Shown: piece by piece, positions 54,671-64,000 of the stretch | How positions within the stretch are numbered: the stretch's first letter is position 1 | How the letters are laid out: each line of letters opens with the position of its first letter | Origin: Octopus vulgaris | Lineage: Eukaryota | Length of the DNA stretch: 64,000 nt | NCBI GenBank assembly: GCA_951406725.2 | Contig: OX597825.1 | Coordinates: 22,568,001 to 22,632,000 of the forward strand | Direction: 5' to 3' | Made by a program: the position numbers and the translations under genes | The notes under the pieces: model-generated | Seen by the model: the letters and a program-made list of their open reading frames with translations, nothing else | Databases searched by the model: none | Told to the model about the DNA's origin: nothing

Positions 54671-56365
54671 TCACGATACATTTCGGAACTGAGATAATTC
54701 GAGAATGGAATTGACAGAATGACGTTGCCGATAAATACTTGAGCAAGCTCAGCTGGGCCATACATCTTGCAAGATTCACTGCTGCCGAGTTGTAACCAAG
54801 TTATGGGGAAAGGAGACTCGGAAGGCCTCCACCTCAATGAGAAGGCGATTTAGCTAAACGACTTCTCCTGAGATGGAAAACAATGGTGCAATAAAGAAAG
54901 AATTAAATGTTCCTTGTGACCAGCGATGTATAACAACATCTGATAGTCTGACAAATACAGCGAGGCAGTGATATAGTGATGTGTATACATGTATGTATAC
55001 GTGCACACGCATATCCACTCTACGCAGGTATTAAGCATTCAAAAAGAAAACGGTAACAAAACAAAAATAATCGTCTTAGACTGATACTTGTAGAAGCAGA
55101 ATCAGAATTAGAGTTCATTAACACCTCAAAGCAAAAGATCTCACATTGTATCAGTAATCTATTGTTTCGGAACAACTGCGAGTTTTATGTGAATAATACT
55201 GTCTTGTTAAAGATAAACGTAGTTGCTAATTAGCTACATGAATAATTGATCAATAAACAAAGTCTAACTGACATTACGACGTGTAGAACAAGTCGCCACT
55301 TATTTTATCCGAAACATTGCCAAGTTTCTTAATTTGGTTTAAGCTTCACCTGACATCGTTTTGAAATCATAAAAACAAATACATTTTCCTATTAAATTAG
55401 ATTTTCTGCTCGTTTATGTCTTTCAGAATATCCTTTACCCGCCTTTGTTGTAAAAAGAAATTGAAAATGTTATAGGTACAGGAAAGACATTACCTTGTAT
55501 TTAACATTTGTGCTATATTACAGTGATAAAAACATTGTAATTGATAGAGCAAAGCTATATCAAATAGATATATTTTAAACAAGAGTTAATTCTTTGGCGA
55601 AGGATAATTGTCCATTCGGTGTTGTTGCTCTGAATACATTTGCATATAATGCAAATTATCATTGGGACACCGGATGCACTGATATTTCATTGCTCTTTAC
55701 CTCTACATATTTAGCGTTTGCGAATTAGGAGAATTGGTTTAGCCTCGGATACAAAGACCAGCGGTATGTGTTCAGACGATCTAGAATAGATGCGGTGTTT
55801 GACTTTGTTCTATGCTCTCGGTGTTCAAATGCAGTCTTTAGAGTCTTTGGTCGAGAACTTAATCTTTCATTTGGTTTAAAAACACCTCTGGCACAATATG
55901 AGTTTTTAATGAGACCATTCTATTAAAAGCATTCGTGTAAGATTTCGGATTTGAAAAAATCTTCCACACTTCACCTCACCAATCTTTCAAAAATAGTAAA
56001 GGGCGATTTGCACTACATTCCTTTCTCACGAAAGGACGTGTGTGTGTGTGTGCGTGTGTGTGTGCATATGTACGTATGTGCGTGTAGCTCTAAACACAAG
56101 TGCACACACACGTGCACATACACACACATACAGATACACACACATATATATATGTTGCATAATAGAGATATACACGTTGTATGTATATGCACAAATATAT
56201 TTTGCACACACACACATATATATACATATATACACATACATACATAAATATCACGTTCATGTTGAAATTCCAATGAAGGAGCCTTGGATTTAGGTTACAA
56301 ACTGGTTATTTCTCTATTGGAAAGAAATCTTCAAATAAAACTGAATAATGACATGCATACATACA

Positions 56366-57308
56366 TCTTACTAAAATGGGCGTTATGTCCGTCTGTCTGC
56401 TCGTCTGTCCATATGTCCATGTGTTCCCTCTTCACGGTCAAACGGTTGGACCAATTTTCACGATAGTTTTCGGGATTACGAAGGAGGTAACTAGGAAGAC
56501 TTGTAGCAAAAAAAAAAATAAGAAAAAAAAACACGTGAGAAAATATGATTATTTAGGTGATATTAAGTTTTGTATTAATAGATCTCCTTTGATTTTTTTT
56601 TGTTAAAATTCCGTCGACGAGGTTTAATTATGGATTCCACTCCAGCCCCCGTATAGTTCGTGAATTTAGAGGGCTTAGATTTGCGATACTATCCCTTTAT
56701 TTCCCATCGTAGATGGGCAGATTTGTTACGTTACTATAATGGGCGTTTTGTTCGTCCCGCTGCCCGTCTGTCCGTCTCTTTTTCTGTTCCCTCTTCACGG
56801 CCAGACGCCAAGGATTACAAAGACGGCAGCCAGGAAGATTTTTAACATTAAAACTCAGGAAGTATGATTATTTCTGTGGATATTAAGTTTTGCGCTAATA
56901 AATCACCTGTATTTGTTAAAATTCCGGCGACGAGGATTAACTCAGGATTAACCCCACCCGCCCCTGTATAGTTCGTGAATTTAGAGAGCTTACATTTGCG
57001 ATGCTATTCCGTTATTTCTCATCGTAGATGGGCAGATTTGCTATGTTACTAGATTGGGTGTTTTGTTCGTCTGTCTATCCGTCTGTCCGTCTCTTTGTCT
57101 GTTCCCTCTTCATGAGACGCGTGGATCAATGGTTACGATACTCTTCAGGATTACAAAGACGGCCGTCAGGAAGGTTTTTAGCAGTGAAAAATCAGGAAGT
57201 ATGATTATTTCTGTGGATATTGATTTTTGAATTGATAAACCGCCTTCGCATTTTTATTAAAAATTCACCGACGACAAGTAACTCTGGATTTTCATCGTAT
57301 AGTTCGTG
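56366..57308 (+). repeat. tandem array of ~2.8 diverged ~320-365-bp units, Helitron-like 5' end
   Basis: Units start at 56366, 56731 and 57046 (TTACTA.A.TGGG.GTT...GTCTGTCC...GTTCCCTCTTCA). The first begins A|TCTTACTAAAA and has AACGGTTGGACCAATTTT, as in Helitron 5' termini. No 3' CTAG terminus seen. Confidence 0.7.
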
Positions 57309-57414
57309 TCCCCGTTGTAGATACGAAGAGTGTCGCAATGATGTTTAATAGCAGAAATAAAATCGAAAAAGCGTGTCAGTATATAGTGTGTGTGATTATT
57401 TAGCGGTTATTGAA

Positions 57415-57540
57415 GGACTTATTCTTTGTAAACTTAGTACTTATTCTATCGGTTTCTTGTGCCGAACCGCTAAGTTAAGGGGAACATAAGCACACCAACA
57501 TCGGTTGTCAAGTGATGGTATGGGGGACAGATGCAGGCAC
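57415..57540 (-). mobile_element. SINE family A 3' fragment
   Basis: GGACTTATTCTTTGTAA...GCCGAACCGCTAAG...CATCGGTTGTCAAG. Confidence 0.8.
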
Positions 57541-57564
57541 ACAAACATAAATATATATACACAG

Positions 57565-57722
57565 GTCGCCAGCCACTACACATTCTTTATTTTCTCTCGT
57601 TGTTTCTTTCTGTGTTCCTGTCTGTGGAAGAGCGTAGGCTCGAAACGTTAAAGAATTTTTCACTTCCCGAGCGTTATACTAATACATCTCTTTGTTGCCT
57701 ACACCACCTCTCTTAGTATTTT
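57565..57722 (+). mobile_element. short repeat with minimal hammerhead-like motif; 3' part also at ~6370-6440
   Basis: CTGTGGA-A-GAGC-gtag-GCTC-GAAAC-GTT-AAAGA at 57622-57654. GCGTTA.ACTAAT.CATCT.TTTGTTG.CTACACCAC is shared with 6370-6408. Confidence 0.55.
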
Positions 57723-58343
57723 GCTTTAATCGTTTATTACTGTTCTTATTTCATTATTATTTTAAAACTCATGTCCATTGTCCGGGAATCTTTCATCACA
57801 GTGACATTTTTTGTTTTTGTGTGTTTTTGCTCGACTTATTCCATTCTGTCAGAATGGAGTAAGTGGAGCAAAAACAAACCCGAAATCGGACACACACGAA
57901 AACTAAGAGTGTCGCTGAAGAGGTCATACATGCGTGACGAAATATTTCCGGAAAATGGACATGAATTAAAATAATAAAATAAGAACAGTAATAAACGATT
58001 AAAGAAAAATATATAGTGCGTGTGTTTTATTCGAAAAAAAACATTGATCGTCCCGATATACAACAATATCTGTTTCAACACATGATTTCACATCAAGAAT
58101 CTTGCAACTCGAAATGATAAACATAATAACACAGGTTATTCTTTCCCCAAAATATATTCCGTCCAACGGCATTAGTTGAATGCTTCATAAAATAACTTCT
58201 CTTCCGTATATACTGTGGGGATGTACATGCGTAAGTGTTTGTGCGTCCGTATGTATGTATTTGTATGTATAGTCATGAGTATGTGTGTGTGTGTGTGTGT
58301 GTGTGCGTATATATATATATATATATATCATATATATATTTAT

Positions 58344-58806
<463 letters not shown>

Positions 58807-59286
58807 TATGCTTTTTTTAATTTAATCTAATTTTACTTAATATGATTTCTTCCAACGGTCAAAAGCATAAAATTCTATATTAATATTCTTACAGATCTCT
58901 TAGAATTCGTCTTGTTTTCTCTTGTTAATTATGTTACATTGAGTGACATCAGAGAATAAGATATAATTCTCAGGTGACAAGAAACATATACCATATCTCT
59001 ACAATTATTACACTAATGGCATCTGATAAAAATGCGTCCCTTGACTATGAGTGATAATAAAGAGAGAAGGTGGTCTGGTAACTGTTACTTGTCACAAACT
59101 TCCATTTCGTCTCAATGTATACACAATTTAGTTAAAGCATATTATTTTTGAAACGGATGTCTTGCTTGTCAACTGCTCTATAATTTTGGATAATTAATCG
59201 ATCCAATGAAGTCTAAATGAAATATGATGCGTTTGTCTAGCGGCAGGCTATATCAAATACGTTTTTATATATATATATATATACAA

Positions 59287-59353
<67 letters not shown>

Positions 59354-59479
59354 TTATCTGTTACCTGTTTTAGTTGTTAGACTGGGGCCATGCTGGAGCA
59401 CCGCATGATCAATTAATTGAAGACATGAAGATGAAAAGTTAAAAGTTAATTATTTATTATTAAAAGAATGAATATCTTT

Positions 59480-59585
<106 letters not shown>

Positions 59586-60845
59586 CATATATGCCGTGAC
59601 TGCTGCTAATGCAGGATGCATGACAGTAACGGGCAAAACGTTCTTGACGGGAAAGTCTGCAAGAGTTCGATCCATGTATAGTTGACAATATAGCTGCCAA
59701 GCATATAAAAATTTAATTCTCTGAAATGACAGTTTCAATTACTAAAACGAACGTATCGTTCTTTTAGAAGCTAGGAAGTAAAATATGAAAAATATGATCT
59801 GAAATGTTATAACACCTGAACACAGTTTATCATATGACTTTTGTCGGGTGACATAACAGGGAAGTTTTTTTGACCATTCATGTTTGAAGCAGCTACCATG
59901 TATCAATAAGCTATTGTTTCGAAATATCTTTTATTATCTGAATAATGTTGTCTTGAAACAAATAAACTGACTTCGTAATTAGCTTGGCGAACAGTTTATC
60001 AATCAACAAATTGAGATTGCAGTAACAGCACCAAAAACATGGCGCCATTTATTTTAATGTAATTATTGAGAGGTTTCGTAATTTCCTTTAAGCATACTCT
60101 AGCATTTTCGAAAATTGTAACTACAAGTAGAATTTTCCGCTGGAATTGTTTCACCGCGTTTTTATGGCCTTTAGGATATCACTGGAATGCAGTTGCATGG
60201 AAAATGAACACAGACAGTCTACGTATGTTAAGTTCCATAGAGATCTTTCTTTAAATATTCATTAGAGCAAACAGCAAAACAGTGTCACTCATATAACTAA
60301 CGCCTATGGAATAGACAACGTTTAAACTGGTGATCGTCCGCTTGTACAGAATGATTGATGTTTGTTTCTATTTAGTGACATTGATTTACACAGCTTTACG
60401 TAAAAACAGAAATTATCACTAAATCCAGACAACATAACACTTCTGTTCTTTTTTCCAATTTAGATCTAATTCACTTCTTCCCGACTGTCACTCTCTCTCT
60501 CTCTCTCTCTCTCCCCATATCCTCTCTCTATTCCCTATGCTCTCCTATTATAATTTTACTTATTTCCTACAATGGACTGAGCTACCGTTCGGACACCGAT
60601 TTCAAGGGATTCATCAGAAAAAAAATTAATCCCGGTATTTATCTGATTTAAACTTAGTGCTTAATCTATCTATCTTATTATCGCACCACTAAGTTATGGT
60701 GGCGTAAATAAAATAACACAAAATGTCAAGTGGTGTGTATATACGCATATATACACAGCTGCCCGCCTGCATATACATATATATATATACATTATATTTA
60801 ATATATACATATATGGGAATGTATTATATACATATATAAATATAC

Positions 60846-60894
<49 letters not shown>

Positions 60895-60915
60895 GCATAT
60901 ATATATATATATATA

Positions 60916-61305
60916 GGCGCAGAAGTGGCTGTGTGGTAAGTAGCTTCTCTACCAACCCCATGGTTCCGGGTTCAGTCCCACTGCGTGGCACCTTGGGCAA
61001 GTGTCTTCTACTATAGCCTTGGTCCAACCAAAGCCTTGTGAGTGGATTTGGTAGACGGAAACTGAAAGAAGCCTGTCGTATATATGTATATATATATATA
61101 TGCGTGTGTGTGTTTGTGTGTCTGTGTTTGTCCCCTAGCATTGCTTGACAACCGATGCTGGCGTGTTTATGTCCCTGTTACTTAGCAGTTCGGCAAACGA
61201 GACCGATAGAATAAGTACTAGGCTTACAAAAGAATAAGTACCGGGGTCGAGTTGCTCCAGCATGGTCACAGTCAAATTACTGAAACAAGTAAAAGAGTAA
61301 AAGAG
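60916..61305 (+). mobile_element. SINE family A
   Basis: Full head and tail. Confidence 0.9.
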
Positions 61306-61337
<32 letters not shown>

Positions 61338-61615
61338 TATATGTGTGTGTGTGTATATATATATATGTATATATATATATAAATATATATATGTATATAT
61401 ATGTATATATATATGTATATATATGTATATATATATGTATATATATGTATATATATATGTGTATATATATGTATATATATATATATGTATATCTATGTAT
61501 ATATATATGTATATATATGTATATATATATATGTATATATATGTATATATATATATGTATATCTATGTAAATATATATATGTTTATATATATATATATCT
61601 ATGTATATATATATA
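61306..61615. repeat. imperfect (TA)n/TATATG microsatellite
   Basis: Directly visible. Confidence 0.95.
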
Positions 61616-61856
61616 CCGGTAAACGTTTTTGATTTTCACTCTCGATAAATTCAGCCCCTTTCTGTTCCCAGCACTTGGCATCCTAATTTAGGAGCCCTTA
61701 ATTGTATTTCTACATGAACAATATTTTTCTATATGAATTATATTTTGTCTAACGACTAATTCGTCTTTTGTGCTGGGCACCTGGTAGTAACAAATATTAC
61801 CACCCCTCTTGTTTATATTCGCATATCTATGTATATATATATATATATATATATAC

Positions 61857-61900
<44 letters not shown>

Positions 61901-61954
61901 TTGCATATATATATAAATGTGTATATGTGTGTTTTTATAATATATGCATATATA

Positions 61955-61999
<45 letters not shown>

Positions 62000-62440
62000 T
62001 GAACAAAATGTCTTGGAGGAATGTATTTTATTACGGTCGCACGATTTATCCTTGCTGGGGGGGCAATGTGAATCCAGGTGTTGGTAAACCCTTTTCCACT
62101 ATGTCTCTTTCACTAGATATTCTGATGTTTCAAGATATATGCAACGCCTCTGAAACTAAATGAAACTAAGAAGGTAGTATGTTACCAAGTCATACTCTTT
62201 CAAGCATAAATGGAATGCTTCGTAATGCAACGAGGAACAGGTTTCAATTTCTGCTTACCTGTTGCCCAACAACTTCAAATACAAATTTCTCTGCAGTTCT
62301 AATGTCCCATTTTATAAGAATCGCTCCTCCAAAAGAAATACATGAAACAATACCGGAATATTGTGGGATCTTAAAATGGGATCAATATTTATTTTCCCTT
62401 TAGCTAGATGCAGCATATATAAATTGCAGGCTGGATGAAC
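62000..62440 (-). pseudogene. decayed DNA-transposon ORF fragment (PIN/XPG-like, Academ-type C-terminal part)
   Basis: Minus frame AEKFV...LR...LPS...LH...LPPQQG* resembles LEKFV...LPPT..L..H...LP.P..GW. Confidence 0.35.
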
Positions 62441-62559
62441 GTGTTTGGTTCCAATTTTTCTCTAAGGATGTTAATTGTTTATCGAAATCAGATTATTTAA
62501 TTTAGCTATTTCGATTATTTATTGTTCTCTACCTTGTTCTATTCTAAACTATAAGTATC

Positions 62560-62772
62560 GTCTTCAAATTTTGGCACAAGGCCAAAACGTTTGAGGGATA
62601 GGGTAGAAAGATTACATCGACCACAGTACTCAACTGATGCTTATAATATCGACCCCGAAAGGATGAAAGGCAGAGTCGACCTCGGCGGAATTTGAACTCA
62701 AGATGTAAAGACAGACGAAATGTGGCAAAACCTTTTGTCCGGCGGGCTAACGATTCCGCCAGCTCGCCACCC
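62560..62772 (-). mobile_element. SINE family F
   Basis: Reverse complement of 33575-33720 plus GTGCCAAAATTTGAA tail. Confidence 0.85.
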
Positions 62773-63699
62773 ATCTCAACTACATATATCCACACTTCGT
62801 TCATTTGGATGATTTATAGAACTTTAAATATCACAATGGATCTCGCGAATATGCAATTCAAAGATTAGAGAAAAGTTGCACGATACGAAACATGTATAAT
62901 GTAGAATACATCACAAGGTGTCGCAATCAAATGTTGAAATAATTATATTTGCGTTTTATTTTAATCTTTTGTTATTCCAGTTTCTTTTTTTTAATAAAAT
63001 CTAAAGTCTTCTACAATCTATTTCACGTGAAATATGGATTAATTGAAACTCGCCTAATTGACCGTAACTGATGTAGCTGTAAGGTTTCAGGTAACAAATA
63101 CAAGGTAAAAAAAATAATAAATAAAGCAGAACGTACGAAACATGGCAAGAGAAACCAACACAGTTAATTTGGAGATAATTCTTTCGTTTAAGGTTTCTCT
63201 ATTTGTTATCGATTGAATGGAAATATAGTTTTATGTTGCCTTTGATGTAAATTCATATTTTCTACGATTAATATCCTTCTTGCTTAAAGGAAGATTCAAT
63301 GATAGAAGCCAAAGTGTCAAGCTAAAAATACTTTGGTGTTTATCACATTCCTTTCAATTATGAGTTCCATCACTGCAGAATTCCACGTCGTCTTTCATCT
63401 GTTCTGTGTTTAAGAAACTAACTCGCAATCAATTCATAAGATTGCTTTAGACGTATTCAACCCAGCATGGGATGTATTGGGTGCTTGCGTGTAATTCTTA
63501 TCTCGTTCTTAATTAGCAACAAAACAAACGACATAAAGAGGAAATAATACTTCGTATGAGACCTTCTATCATTGACTGACGAGGGAACAATCTATGTATT
63601 ACACACATTCATAAAATCATACTGGATGCATTAAAGAGCAGGGTTATGCATCGTAGGATTTCAAATTTTATTAAAGGTTAATAGCTGTTCAATCAAATT

Positions 63700-64000
63700 C
63701 ACATGCTCGCCGATATTTTTTATAGCATCACCCCAGAGGCATTAAAGAAATTCATCAATGTTTGATAATTGCATCTTCATTCAACCATTACGTATATTCC
63801 TTGTATATCACATCAAATGTCTTTTATTCCTTTCGTAAATTCATGTTTACTCTTACTTGTACTTGTGGCGACATTCACCCTGGGCGAGTTGAGTCGGCTT
63901 CTTCCTTGGAAGAAATTTCGTGGAAATATGTGGATTTAACAAGCGGTCCCCAACAATCCCGCATGTAGAGACATCCTTTTTGCCGCAGATTGTCCGCAGA
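63700..64000 (-). pseudogene. decayed DNA-transposon ORF fragment (upstream part of 62000-62440)
   Basis: Minus frame EISSKEEADSTR (HEEADTR-like), then FFNASG (FHA.SGCD-like), in the expected order upstream of AEKFV. Confidence 0.35.

Overview
AT-rich, gene-free eukaryotic DNA dense in (TA)n, (CA)n, (TAGA)n and (AAT)n microsatellites. The SINE repertoire suggests an octopus or other coleoid cephalopod intergenic or intronic region (inference). No intact host gene is visible; nearly all long ORFs are microsatellite or SINE artefacts. The window holds many copies of several modular tRNA-derived SINE families, R4/Dong-type LINE remnants in (TAA)n tracts, Helitron-type elements and decayed DNA-transposon pieces. 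The most striking signal is a set of Penelope-like element (PLE) relics: RT and GIY-YIG fragments plus about a dozen hammerhead ribozyme (HHR) or hammerhead-like motifs. These lie in short cassettes, often embedded in (TA)n and often folded back as inverted duplications. They include a perfect 132-bp palindrome with a hammerhead on each strand, a near-canonical hammerhead at 46.7 kb, and a tRNA-promoter SINE carrying a hammerhead. All folds and alignments were done by eye.
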